Shown here: piece by piece, positions 55,615 through 64,000 of the stretch
Layout of the letters: each line of letters opens with the position of its first letter
Numbering within the stretch: position 1 is the stretch's first letter
NCBI GenBank assembly: GCA_903859215.1
Contig: CAIOLW010000365.1
Location: forward strand, 854 to 64,853
Source of the DNA: an uncultured bacterium
GTDB taxonomy: Bacteria; Krumholzibacteriota; Krumholzibacteriia; LZORAL124-64-63
Direction: 5' to 3'
Length of the DNA stretch: 64,000 nt
Position numbers and translations under genes: made by a program
The notes under the pieces: generated by a model
What the model saw: the letters and a program-made list of their open reading frames with translations, nothing else
Databases searched by the model: none
Told to the model about the DNA's origin: nothing

Positions 55615-56667
55615 CTAATCCGCCTCGGGCCGCAACTCCCGTTCCATCAGTTCCCGCATCGCCTGACGCGGCGGCTTACCGGAAAATAGCACATCGTGAA
55701 CCTGTTTGGTAATCGGAAGTTCGACATTGTGCTTCTGACCCAGCTTCAAGGCGGCCTTGGCCATCTCGACGCCCTCGACGACCTGCACCCAGCCCGCCAG
55801 CAGCTCTTCGGGGCTGCGGTCGCCGGCGGTTACGGCCTGGCCGAAATTGCGGTTACGGCTGTGGTGGCTGATGCAGGTGGTGATCATGTCGCCGATGCCA
55901 GCCAGGCCCGAAAACGTGTCCGTGCGGCCGCCCAGGGCCTTGCCCAGGCGCGCCAGCTCGACCATGCCGCGGGTCATCAGGGTGCCGCGGGTGTTGTCGC
56001 CCGCCCCCAGTCCGTCGGCCATGCCGACCGCCAGGGCGATGATGTTCTTGAAGGCCGAGGCGAACTCGACGCCCGCCATGTCGGGATTGGTGTAGACCCT
56101 GAAGTAGGGGCCGGAAATCCACGCCTGCCAATGCCCCCAGTCGCCGCCGTCCTGGCCCGACAGCACGACGGCCGTCGGCAGCTCCAACGCCACTTCCTCG
56201 GCGTGGCTCGGCCCCAGCAGCACGGCGGTCGGATGCGGCGAGGGCGGCGTCAGCGCGGCGAGCTCCTCGGTGATGACCTCGCTCAGGCGCTCGAGCGTGT
56301 CGACCTCGAAGCCCTTGGCCAGGTTGACGATGGGAATGCCTGGCGGCAACGCGCCCGAGGCCACGACCTGCTTCATCACCGAGCGCACGGCCTGGCTGGG
56401 CACGACCACGAACACGATGTCAGCGCGCACCAGCGCATCGTTGAGGTCCAGCGTCGCGCGCAGGTTGGGCGGCAGCACGATGCTGCCCAGGTAGTCGGGG
56501 TTGGTTCCCGTCTGGTTGATGCTGCGGACCTGCTTCTCGTCGATGCCCCACAGCACGACCCTCTCCCACTTGTGGCAGAGGTGGCGGCCGAAGGCGCTGG
56601 CCCAGCTGCCGGTGCCCAGGATGGCGGCCTTGCGCGGCATGTTTTCCATGAAGGGTCCCCCGGTCAT
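55615..56667 (-). CDS. gpsA: NAD(P)H-dependent glycerol-3-phosphate dehydrogenase
   Basis: AILGTGSWASAFG Rossmann motif, NLAKG and a GLxGxGD-like GLAGIGDMITTC. The start is ATG 56667 (ATGA overlap with the plsY stop) or ATG 56649. Confidence 0.9.
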   Translation of the reverse strand: MTGGPFMENMPRKAAILGTGSWASAFGRHLCHKWERVVLWGIDEKQVRSINQTGTNPDYLGSIVLPPNLRATLDLNDALVRADIVFVVVPSQAVRSVMKQVVASGALPPGIPIVNLAKGFEVDTLERLSEVITEELAALTPPSPHPTAVLLGPSHAEEVALELPTAVVLSGQDGGDWGHWQAWISGPYFRVYTNPDMAGVEFASAFKNIIALAVGMADGLGAGDNTRGTLMTRGMVELARLGKALGGRTDTFSGLAGIGDMITTCISHHSRNRNFGQAVTAGDRSPEELLAGWVQVVEGVEMAKAALKLGQKHNVELPITKQVHDVLFSGKPPRQAMRELMERELRPEAD

Positions 56668-57332
56668 TGGGCGGGCGGCGGCGCATCGTCTTTGTGGTGG
56701 CGCAGCGTGGTCTCGGTGCCCGCACGCAGCCGGGCCAGGTTGGCGCGGTGCTTCCAGATCACCAGGCCGCACATCAGGAACGTGAACGTGATGATGGTCT
56801 TCGAGGTGTCGGCGTGGCGCCACTCGAAGAACAGCACGCCCAGGGGCAGCACGCAGGCGGCCACGATGCTGGCCAAAGAGACGATGCGCTTGACCGCGAC
56901 CACGGTGCCGAACGCGACGACCGTCACCAGCAGCGCCCAGGGCTCCAGCACCGCGAACGCGCCGCCGGTCGTGGCCACGCCCTTGCCCCCGTGGAAGCTG
57001 ACGAACGGGCTGAACGTGTGGCCCAATGCCGCCAGGACGCCCGCGAAGATGCGGAACAGGTCGGGCGTGATGTGGAACGGGGTCGTCATGTGCGGCGGCC
57101 AGTTGTTCACCAGGCTCGTCATCAGCGCGACGGCCGCGGCGCCCTTGGCCATGTCCAGCAGCATGCAGCCGACGCCCCAGCGCGGCCCCAGGGTGCGGAA
57201 GACGTTCGTGGCGCCGAGGTTCCCGGAGCCGTGGTGGCGAAGGTCGATGCCCTTGACCGCCCGGGCGATGATGAAGCTGAAGGGAATGGCCCCCAGCAGG
57301 AACGCGACCACGAGGTAGGCGATGATCTGCAT
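56664..57332 (-). CDS. plsY: glycerol-3-phosphate acyltransferase PlsY
   Basis: 222 aa with YLVVAFLLGAIPFSFIIA, HGSGNLGATN and SFHGGKGVAT. Confidence 0.93.
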   Translation of the reverse strand: MQIIAYLVVAFLLGAIPFSFIIARAVKGIDLRHHGSGNLGATNVFRTLGPRWGVGCMLLDMAKGAAAVALMTSLVNNWPPHMTTPFHITPDLFRIFAGVLAALGHTFSPFVSFHGGKGVATTGGAFAVLEPWALLVTVVAFGTVVAVKRIVSLASIVAACVLPLGVLFFEWRHADTSKTIITFTFLMCGLVIWKHRANLARLRAGTETTLRHHKDDAPPPAQ

Positions 57333-57369
57333 GGGTCCTTTTCCGGTCGAGAGTTCGGGCGCCGCCGTT

Positions 57370-58683
57370 CTAGTGTTTCTTCATCTTTACAAAGATACGG
57401 TTTCCGGTAAAGCCGAATTCCTCGCGCAACTGATTATTGATGAACCGCAGGTAGTTCCGGGCAAAGAACTTGGGCTCATTCACCGAGAGCATGAAGGTGG
57501 GCGGGGCGCTCTCGACCTGGGTGCCGTAGTAGATCTTCCCGACGCCGCCGCCGTGCGTGCGCGGGCCCTGGAAGGCGATGGTTTTCTCGAGGAACTCGTT
57601 CAGTTGGCCGGTCGGGATGCGCTTCTGCCGCGCCTCGCTGACCTCCCACGCCATCTCGAGGATGCGGCCCGAGCGCTGCCGGGTCTCGGCGCTGACGGTG
57701 AACCAGGGAGCGTAGGTCAAAAACGGCACTTCGGTGCAGAACTTCTCCCAGTGCTCGAGGTGCGTGTTGGCGCCCTTGTCCGTGATCAGGTCCCACTTGT
57801 TGAAGATCACGATGCAGCCCTTGCCCGCGTCGTGGATCATGCCGGCGATCTTGGAGTCCTGCGTGACGGCGCCCGCGGTGGCGTCGACGACAAAGACGGC
57901 GACATCGCACTGCTCGAGCGCGCGCACGGTGCGCATGTTGCTGAAGACCTCGATGGCCTCCTCCACCTTGGACTTGCGGCGGAGGCCGGCCGTATCGATC
58001 AGCCGCAGCGTCTTGCCGTGCCACTTGAGGTCGGTGTGGATCGAGTCGCGGGTGGTGCCGGAGATCTCGCTGACGAGCGCCTCTTCACGGCCCACGAGGA
58101 TGTTCAGCAGGGATGACTTGCCCACGTTCGGGCGGCCGAGGATGGCCACCTTGCAGTCGCAGGGGTCCTCCAGCTCGGCCTTCGGGAACCCTTCGACGAC
58201 GATGTCGAGCAGGTCGCCCACTCCGTGGCCGTGCAGGGCGCTGATGCCAAACGGTTCGCCCAGGCCCAGGCTGTGGAACTCGTAGAGGGCCAGGCGCTCG
58301 CCGTCGGTCTCGACCTTGTTCACGCACAGGACGACCGACTTGCCGCCCTTGCGCAGGTCGCGGGCGATCGACTCGTCCCACGCCATCGGCCCCACCTTGC
58401 CGTCGACCATGAACAGGACCAGGTCGGCCTCTTCGATCGCCTCGCGGGCGATCTGGGTGACCTTCTCGTCGAAATCACCGGTCGTTTCGCCGAACGGGAT
58501 GATGCCGCCCGTGTCGAGCAGCTGGAACGGGTGCCCCGCCCAGTCGGTGGTCTCGGCGATGCGGTCGCGGGTCACGCCGGCGGTCTCGTGCACGACCGAG
58601 CGCCGTTCCCCGAGGATCCGGTTGAACAGCGTGGACTTGCCCACGTTGGGACGGCCGACGATGGCGACGGTGCGCAGGTCCAA
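57370..58683 (-). CDS. der: ribosome-biogenesis GTPase Der (EngA)
   Basis: Two tandem GTPase domains (GRPNVGKSTLFN, GRPNVGKSSLLN) plus a KH-like C-terminus. 437 aa. Confidence 0.95.
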   Translation of the reverse strand: MDLRTVAIVGRPNVGKSTLFNRILGERRSVVHETAGVTRDRIAETTDWAGHPFQLLDTGGIIPFGETTGDFDEKVTQIAREAIEEADLVLFMVDGKVGPMAWDESIARDLRKGGKSVVLCVNKVETDGERLALYEFHSLGLGEPFGISALHGHGVGDLLDIVVEGFPKAELEDPCDCKVAILGRPNVGKSSLLNILVGREEALVSEISGTTRDSIHTDLKWHGKTLRLIDTAGLRRKSKVEEAIEVFSNMRTVRALEQCDVAVFVVDATAGAVTQDSKIAGMIHDAGKGCIVIFNKWDLITDKGANTHLEHWEKFCTEVPFLTYAPWFTVSAETRQRSGRILEMAWEVSEARQKRIPTGQLNEFLEKTIAFQGPRTHGGGVGKIYYGTQVESAPPTFMLSVNEPKFFARNYLRFINNQLREEFGFTGNRIFVKMKKH

Positions 58684-58773
58684 GGGCAGACTCCCGGTCC
58701 GGTGGAAGCCCGACGGGTTCGCCGGGTGGAGTGACAGCGCCGCTGTGGTGTCGCGGGGCCGCAGGGGCCGAAA

Positions 58774-60306
58774 TTAGCCCAATTGACGCCAGAAATCAAT
58801 GAACCCGTCCTCCTCGCCCACGTGGACCCGGTGGGGCGAGCCGGCAGTGAGGTCATCCAGGGTCAGTCCGTCGAGGGTCAGGCCGTCGGCGTTGAAAACC
58901 CGTGGGGAGAGAACCACATCGCGCACAGGGGCTTGCGGGAGTGCTACGAGAGCTTTCCTGAGGTCGCCGCCGGAAAGCAGGCCGGCCACGGTGACCGAGG
59001 CGCCGTAGAAGGTGTTAGGGACGCCGACGACGTCCACCTTGGGCGCCTGGGCGGCCTCGAGGACCGGGGTGAATTCGCGGCGCCAGGCGGTGGCGGCCAG
59101 TTCGCCGGTCAGGACCGTCAGCGGCCGGGTCGGCATGTCGTTGTCGCGGGCGGCCCATTCGAGTTCTTCGCGCCAGGTGTCGCGCAGCCGGCACGTTAAG
59201 CCGATGGCGTTGTCGATCTGCCAGAACTCGTCGTAGTCGGCGGCGGGCGGGAAGGGGCGGCCGGTTTGGAGGTAGAACTCGTCGCTCAGGTAGACGAAGC
59301 CGTAGCCCAGTTGTGTGCGGGCTTCGAGTTGCCACGCAGCGACCTGATCGATGGTGGCGTTGGCTACGTGGGGCGTGACCGGGTCCAGCTTGGTGAGGCC
59401 GTCGCGGTGAATGCTCAGGCCGACCGGGACGATGGCCAGGGAGCGGATGCCGCCGATGCGGGGTTCGCCGTCGTCGGGGTCTACTTGCGCCGGCGCAAGT
59501 GAGGTGAGGTCGTCGTCATCGTCGCCGGGCGGGAAGGCGGGCTCGCCGCAGGGCAGTTGCGCCGGCGCAACTGGTTGATCATCGCCGATCAGTTCGTCGG
59601 CGCCCTCCCCCATCCCGCCCTCTTCATACCCGTGCCCGCGGCGGCTGACGGCCGTGAAGGCGGCCTCGTCGTCGTCCTTGGGAGCGGCCAGGGTGAGCAG
59701 GTCGCGGAAGGTCTTTTCCAGGATCGCGCCTTCGTTCCACCCCGGGCAGAGCACGACCTGCGTGTGGATCTCGATCCCGGCTTCAACCAGTTGCTGAAGG
59801 ATGACCATCACGTCGAAGCGGCGCTTGATCCCCAGCATGCGCGTGCGCACGTCGATGTCGGTGGCGTGCACCGAGACGTACAGCGGCGAGAGGTTCTGGC
59901 GGATGATGCGCTCGAGGCCGCGGCGCCCAAGGCTGGTCAGCGTGATGTAGTTGCCGTAGAGGAAGCTGAAGCGGTAGTCCTCGTCCTTCACGTAGATCGG
60001 CTCGCGCATCCCCTTGGGATTCTGGTCGATGAAGCAGAAGACGCAGTCGCAGGCGCAGGTCTTGAACTCCATCGGCGCGAAGCACTCGGTCACGGCCTGG
60101 ATGTCGCCCGGGTCGAGGCGGACGATGAGCTCGCCGCCGTCGGCGCGGCGGATGCCGAGCGCGGTGGTGCTCTCCTCGGGCGCGTAGTAGTAGAGGTCGA
60201 GGATGTCCTCGAGGGGGCGGCCGTCGATGGTGGCCACGGCGTCGCCGGGCCGCCAGTCGTGCAGGCGGTCCAGGGGCGGCGGGAAGGGGCGCGTCAGTGG
60301 GATCAT
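58774..60306 (-). CDS. DUF512 domain-containing (PDZ + radical-SAM-like) protein with an acidic internal insertion
   Basis: 510 aa with the KTCACDCVFCFIDQNPKGMR Cys motif, YRFSFLYGNYITLTSL and a C-terminal DUF512 region. An Asp/Glu/Gly-rich segment lies around residues 215-280. Confidence 0.8.
   Translation of the reverse strand: MIPLTRPFPPPLDRLHDWRPGDAVATIDGRPLEDILDLYYYAPEESTTALGIRRADGGELIVRLDPGDIQAVTECFAPMEFKTCACDCVFCFIDQNPKGMREPIYVKDEDYRFSFLYGNYITLTSLGRRGLERIIRQNLSPLYVSVHATDIDVRTRMLGIKRRFDVMVILQQLVEAGIEIHTQVVLCPGWNEGAILEKTFRDLLTLAAPKDDDEAAFTAVSRRGHGYEEGGMGEGADELIGDDQPVAPAQLPCGEPAFPPGDDDDDLTSLAPAQVDPDDGEPRIGGIRSLAIVPVGLSIHRDGLTKLDPVTPHVANATIDQVAAWQLEARTQLGYGFVYLSDEFYLQTGRPFPPAADYDEFWQIDNAIGLTCRLRDTWREELEWAARDNDMPTRPLTVLTGELAATAWRREFTPVLEAAQAPKVDVVGVPNTFYGASVTVAGLLSGGDLRKALVALPQAPVRDVVLSPRVFNADGLTLDGLTLDDLTAGSPHRVHVGEEDGFIDFWRQLG
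59483..59500. repeat. 18-bp perfect palindrome ACTTGCGCCGGCGCAAGT (copy 2, inside the DUF512 CDS)
   Basis: Exact copy. Translated on the minus strand as T-S-L-A-P-A-Q-V-D. Confidence 0.95.
59555..59572. repeat. 18-bp perfect palindrome variant AGTTGCGCCGGCGCAACT (copy 3, inside the DUF512 CDS)
   Basis: Same 14-bp core TTGCGCCGGCGCAA with compensating outer changes. Translated as Q-P-V-A-P-A-Q-L-P. Confidence 0.9.
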
Positions 60307-60377
60307 GGTCGGGTCAAGAAAGCACAGATCGGGCGGGCGGGCAACTTGTGCGGGTATTGGGTGTTGCGGGCGCGGGG

Positions 60378-60406
60378 TTGACAGGGTGCTGGGACCGGGC
60401 TAATTT
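60378..60406 (+). promoter_or_regulatory. candidate promoter for tRNA-Gly(CCC): TTGACA-N17-TAATTT
   Basis: -35 at 60378-60383 and -10 at 60401-60406. The tRNA starts 27 nt downstream. Confidence 0.5.
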
Positions 60407-60432
60407 GGGCGCCTGCCAAGCGGATATCTGGA

Positions 60433-60507
60433 GCGGGCTTAGCTCAGTTGGTAGAGCATCAGCTTCCCAAGCTGAGGGTCGCGAGTTCGAGCCTCGTAGC
60501 CCGCTCC
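60433..60507 (+). tRNA. tRNA-Gly (anticodon CCC)
   Basis: Acceptor GCGGGCT/AGCCCGC, anticodon arm TCAGC-TTCCCAA-GCTGA, T arm GCGAG-TTCGAGC-CTCGT. Encoded CCA, 75 nt. Confidence 0.9.
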
Positions 60508-60549
60508 AATTCCTCTCACTGCACAACAAGATATCATTGGTGCGCCCAC

Positions 60550-60567
60550 ACTTGCGCCGGGGCAAGT
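60550..60567. repeat. palindrome copy 4, one substitution (ACTTGCGCCGGGGCAAGT), intergenic between tRNA-Gly and the miaA 3' end
   Basis: 17/18 match to the consensus. Confidence 0.85.
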
Positions 60568-60615
60568 ACACGGCGGGCCGAGCGCAGGATGTGGTATTAC
60601 CCGCGACGCCGTCGC

Positions 60616-61539
60616 CTATGGCATGATCTGCAGGATGGCCTCCGCCAGCGCGGGCGACTCGGGGGCTCCGCGCATCCTTCCCTCTACTTTCCTGAACCAG
60701 GTCCGCTGCCGCTTCGCATACTGCCGCGTCACGCGCACGATCAACTCTTCTACTTGCGCCGGCGCAAGTGAGCCGCACAGGTGCGCCACGATCTCGCGAT
60801 ATCCCAGTGACCCCAGCCCGGGGCAGTCGGGGTCATGCTTCGTCATCAACGCCCGCGTCTCCTCGATCCACCCGCCCGCCAGCATCGCGCTTGTGCGCGC
60901 GGCAATGCGCGCGTCCAGTTCGGCGACCGGGCGCTCCAGCACGAACACCGGGAAGTCCAGTCCCAGCGCCGGGTCGGGCTTCTGCGCGGCCGCCAGTTCG
61001 CTCATCGGCCGGCCGGCGACCAGGCCGATCTCCAGCGCCCGCTGGCTGCGATACCGGTCGTTGCCGTGGATGCGGTGCCACGCTGCGGGGTCGCTCGCCT
61101 GCAGGCGGCGCCGGATCTCGTCGTCGCCGAGATTGTCGAGTTCGGCGCGCACTTCGGCGAGCGGGCGCCCGCCATCCCCCAGGTCGAAGAAACCGTCGCG
61201 GATCGCCGTCAGGTAGAGGCCGGCGCCGCCCACCACGACGGGTCGCCCGCCGCGCGCGGTGATCTCGCCGTACACGCGGCAGAAGTCGGCGCGATAACGC
61301 GCCGCGTCATAGGTGTCTTCGGGAGGCAGGAAGTCGATCAGGTGATGCGGGCAGATCGCGAGCTCTGCGGCAGTCGGCTGCGCCGTGCCGATGCGCAGCC
61401 CGTGGTACACCTGCCGGCTGTCGAGGCTGATGATCTCGACGGGAAACTCTTGCGCGAGCTGCGTGATGAGCGCGGTCTTGCCGACGGCGGTCGGCCCCAC
61501 GATGACCGGGCAGGTGCCTGCCGTACGGCCGGCTTCCAT
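60616..61539 (-). CDS. miaA: tRNA dimethylallyltransferase
   Basis: 307 aa with P-loop GPTAVGKTAL, SLDSRQVYHGLRIGTAQP and TRQYAKRQRTWFR. Confidence 0.95.
   Translation of the reverse strand: MEAGRTAGTCPVIVGPTAVGKTALITQLAQEFPVEIISLDSRQVYHGLRIGTAQPTAAELAICPHHLIDFLPPEDTYDAARYRADFCRVYGEITARGGRPVVVGGAGLYLTAIRDGFFDLGDGGRPLAEVRAELDNLGDDEIRRRLQASDPAAWHRIHGNDRYRSQRALEIGLVAGRPMSELAAAQKPDPALGLDFPVFVLERPVAELDARIAARTSAMLAGGWIEETRALMTKHDPDCPGLGSLGYREIVAHLCGSLAPAQVEELIVRVTRQYAKRQRTWFRKVEGRMRGAPESPALAEAILQIMP
60752..60769. repeat. 18-bp perfect palindrome ACTTGCGCCGGCGCAAGT (copy 5, inside the miaA CDS)
   Basis: Exact copy. With its flanks, the 24-mer TCTACTTGCGCCGGCGCAAGTGAG is identical to the copy at 59480-59503. 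Translated as G-S-L-A-P-A-Q-V-E. Confidence 0.95.
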
Positions 61540-61540
61540 G

Positions 61541-63409
61541 TCACGCGCGCCCGAAGCGTTTTTCGAGCTCTCCCAGCGTGAACTGGATCAGCGTCGGGCG
61601 GCCATGCGGGCAGCTGAGCGGCTGGTCGGTGGCGAACAGCTGGTCCACCAGGTTCTGCATCTCGGGAATGGTCAACGGCTCGCCGGCGCGCACCGCGGCG
61701 TGGCAGGCGTAGCTGGCCAAGAGGTCGACCTGGTTTTCCTGGCTGGGTTTGTCATCCCAGGCGAGGTCATCGAGGATGTCCAGCAGCAGGCGGCCCTCGT
61801 TCCAGTTCTTCAGCGAGGCGGGCACGCCCTGCACGAGGATGCTGTGGCCGCCGAAGGGCTCGATGGTGAATCCCATCGCCTTCAGCTGGTCGGCGTGCGC
61901 CTGCCAGGCCTGCACCTGGCCGGGCGTCAGCTCGAGGTGCGCCGGGAACAGCAGTTGCTGCGTGGGGACGCCGCCGCCGGTCAGGGATTTGCGGGCCTCG
62001 TTGTAGAGCACGCGCTCGTGGCTGTTGTGCTGGTCGATCAGGACCAGGCCGCCGCGGATCTGCGTGACGATGTAGGTGCGGTGCAACTGCCAGAACGGGG
62101 CCGCGTGCAGCGGCAGATCGCCGCCGGGCAGGCCCTCGCCCGCGCCGTACGGCACGTCGGGTGACAACGCCTCGGGCGGGTTGCGCAACGCGCCCGCGCC
62201 GAACAGCTCGGTCTGGCCGCGCGGCACGCCGCGGTACTCGAAGCCGGCCGAGCCGCCGCGCTGGAAGTGGCGGCGCAGGTAGTCGTCCTGCGCCTTCGCC
62301 AGGCGCTCGGCGGCTTCCTGCGGCGGCAGGTTGCGGAACTCGGGCGCTTCCGGATCGGGCGCGGGCTCGCCGGACCACGGGCGCAGGTCATCGGCGCGGC
62401 GCAGGCCCAGGCCCTCGATCAGCGCGCCCTTGAGCAGGCCGAAGATCTCGCGCTCGAGCAGGAGGCGCACCTCGGTCTTGGCCGGGTGCACGTTCACGTC
62501 AACTTCGCCCGAGGGCACCTGCAAAAAGGCGATGACGACGGCGTGGCGGCCGGCGGGGATCGTCTCGCGGTAGGCCTGGGCGATGGCCTGCGACAGCGCG
62601 GGGCTGTCGACGGGGCGGCGGTTGACGAAGATGAACTGCTGTTCGCGGTTGCCGCGCGTCCAGGTGGGGCGCGACGCCAGGCCGTCGACGCTGAACCCGC
62701 CCTTGGTGGTCTCGAAGCGCGCCATGTGGCCGACGACGGCGGCGCCCAGAAGATCGCGCGCGCGGTCGGTCAGCGACGAGGCGGGGCGCAGGTCGAGCAG
62801 GATCTCGCCCTCGGCCTTCACCAGCCAGCGCGTGTCGGGGTTGGCCAGGGCGAGCTGCGTGAGCAGGCGCATCACCGCGCGTTTTTCGGCCTGCGCGGTC
62901 TTCATGAACTTGCGGCGGGCGGGCGTGTTGTAGAACAGGTCGCTCACCGTGATGGTGGTGCCGCGGTTGCGGGGCGCGGGCTCGCGGCGGATGATCTCGC
63001 CGCCCTCGATCTCGACGAGGCCCCCCATGTCGCCTTCCTGGGTGCGGCTGACGCAGCGCACGCGGCTGACCGAGGCGATGCTCGCGAGCGCCTCGCCCCG
63101 GAACCCGAACGTGCCAACGCTCATGATGTCGGCCGCCGTCGTGATCTTGCTGGTGGCGTGGCGCTCGAAGGCGAGCGGCAGGTCGCGGAAGGCGACGCCG
63201 TGGCCGTCGTCGTCGACGGTCAATGAGGTGAGGCCGCCATCCTCGAGCGTGACCGAGATCTGGCGCGCGCCGGCGTCGAGGCTGTTCTCGACCAGTTCCT
63301 TGACGACGGACGCGGGCCTTTCGACCACTTCGCCGGCGGCGATGCGGTCGATGGTGGCGCCGTCCAGAACCCTGATCTTGCCGCGTTCGTCTGCCATCTT
63401 GCCCTTCAT
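61541..63409 (-). CDS. mutL: DNA mismatch repair protein MutL
   Basis: 622 aa with GHKL ATPase motifs (IAAGEVVERPASVVKELVENSLDAG, DDGHG, TFGFRGEAL) and a C-terminal dimerisation domain. The start could also be ATG 63397. Confidence 0.95.
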   Translation of the reverse strand: MKGKMADERGKIRVLDGATIDRIAAGEVVERPASVVKELVENSLDAGARQISVTLEDGGLTSLTVDDDGHGVAFRDLPLAFERHATSKITTAADIMSVGTFGFRGEALASIASVSRVRCVSRTQEGDMGGLVEIEGGEIIRREPAPRNRGTTITVSDLFYNTPARRKFMKTAQAEKRAVMRLLTQLALANPDTRWLVKAEGEILLDLRPASSLTDRARDLLGAAVVGHMARFETTKGGFSVDGLASRPTWTRGNREQQFIFVNRRPVDSPALSQAIAQAYRETIPAGRHAVVIAFLQVPSGEVDVNVHPAKTEVRLLLEREIFGLLKGALIEGLGLRRADDLRPWSGEPAPDPEAPEFRNLPPQEAAERLAKAQDDYLRRHFQRGGSAGFEYRGVPRGQTELFGAGALRNPPEALSPDVPYGAGEGLPGGDLPLHAAPFWQLHRTYIVTQIRGGLVLIDQHNSHERVLYNEARKSLTGGGVPTQQLLFPAHLELTPGQVQAWQAHADQLKAMGFTIEPFGGHSILVQGVPASLKNWNEGRLLLDILDDLAWDDKPSQENQVDLLASYACHAAVRAGEPLTIPEMQNLVDQLFATDQPLSCPHGRPTLIQFTLGELEKRFGRA

Positions 63410-63527
63410 GATCTTCCTGTGCGCCGGCGCCCATGCGGGGACGCGAAGACGGCCGCCAGCGGCGTCTGCCGGGCGGATCCCGAAGGGTAATCGTGACGGG
63501 CAGGGGCGTCAACCGGTGCGCGGGGGG

Positions 63528-64000
63528 CTACTGGGAAACGGCCGCCAGAACAGCCTGGAGCAGCTTGTCGGGCGTGTCGCCGCCGCCTGGGTAGACGCGC
63601 GAGGAGGTGCGCACCTCGAGGGCGGGGTTGCCGGCCAGGACGCGCATCATGTCCGAGATGCGGCGCTGCAGGCGGGGCAGGGACTGGATGTCCTCCGGGA
63701 CGATGACCAGGACGGTGCCGTCCTCCAGGCAGCCGATGTGGTCACTGCTGCGCAGCTGGCGCTCGATGCCGGCGACCAGGGCGGTCGGGTCCGGGGCCGG
63801 CTGCGCGCCATCGCCCTTGGCGGGACGGAAGGCGGCCAGGCCGAGCATGGTGTGGTAGCGGTCGCAGCGGTCCATCTCGCGGCGCAGGATGCCCGACAAC
63901 GCGCCGCGGGTGGCGGCGGCCGTGATGACCGTGGTGGCCAGGTCCGGCTTCGCGGGTTCCAGGCGGTCGGTCAGGGCGTCGGTCTCGGCCGCGTCGAAGG
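63528..64000 (-). CDS. hypothetical protein, N-terminus outside the window (possible degenerate GGDEF-like regulatory domain)
   Basis: The frame stays open from 63899 to the window edge (…FDAAETDALTDRLEPAKPDLATTVITAAATRGALSGILRREMDRCDRYH…). The GGDEF resemblance is weak, and the catalytic motif is not seen. Confidence 0.4.
   Translation of the reverse strand, partial: FDAAETDALTDRLEPAKPDLATTVITAAATRGALSGILRREMDRCDRYHTMLGLAAFRPAKGDGAQPAPDPTALVAGIERQLRSSDHIGCLEDGTVLVIVPEDIQSLPRLQRRISDMMRVLAGNPALEVRTSSRVYPGGGDTPDKLLQAVLAAVSQ

Overview
This is a 64-kb, high-GC bacterial chromosomal window (very high third-codon-position GC), densely coding on both strands. The high GC creates many long spurious antisense ORFs in the track.

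Most of the content is recognisable housekeeping:
- dnaK and a short RpoD-like sigma factor
- tRNA-Val, then thrS-infC-rpmI-rplT-pheS-pheT
- a zapB-like gene, zapA and rny
- folD-ispA-dxs-nadK-recN
- lptE-like and holA, then trxA
- apt, and surE-pcm with an NlpD-like LysM/M23 protein
- gpsA-plsY-der
- miaA-mutL

Interspersed are envelope and glycan genes. These include inositol-3-phosphate synthase, two initiating sugar transferases, GT4/GT2 glycosyltransferases, a TviB/TviC-like UDP-sugar dehydrogenase/epimerase pair, a Wza-like exporter and two large GT-C-like membrane proteins. There are also two secreted proteins with FlgD-Ig/T9SS-like C-terminal tails, an orphan NtrC-type regulator and an ECF sigma/anti-sigma module. 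The window holds nine intact tRNA genes, all with encoded CCA, plus one tRNA-Pro 3' fragment.

I found no rRNA, CRISPR array, transposase, integrase or recognisable defence or toxin system.

The observations most worth a second look:
1. A 5.4-kb accessory segment is bracketed by direct repeats made of the 3' end of tRNA-Pro plus its terminator, and it contains no integrase.
2. An 18-bp perfect palindrome (ACTTGCGCCGGCGCAAGT) recurs five times. Three copies are in frame inside two unrelated genes, where they encode (S)LAPAQV or VAPAQ.
3. A long structured infC leader ends in an intrinsic terminator, and infC probably has a non-AUG start.
4. The zapA-rny spacer folds into a structured element.
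5. A PqqD-like protein, a GT-C-like membrane protein, an orphan small ORF and a secreted protein form a neighbourhood of unknown function.

Lineage cannot be determined from the window. The FlgD/T9SS-like tails together with canonical TTGACA-N17-TAnnnT promoters suggest, by inference only, an uncultured FCB-/Gemmatimonadota-like high-GC bacterium.
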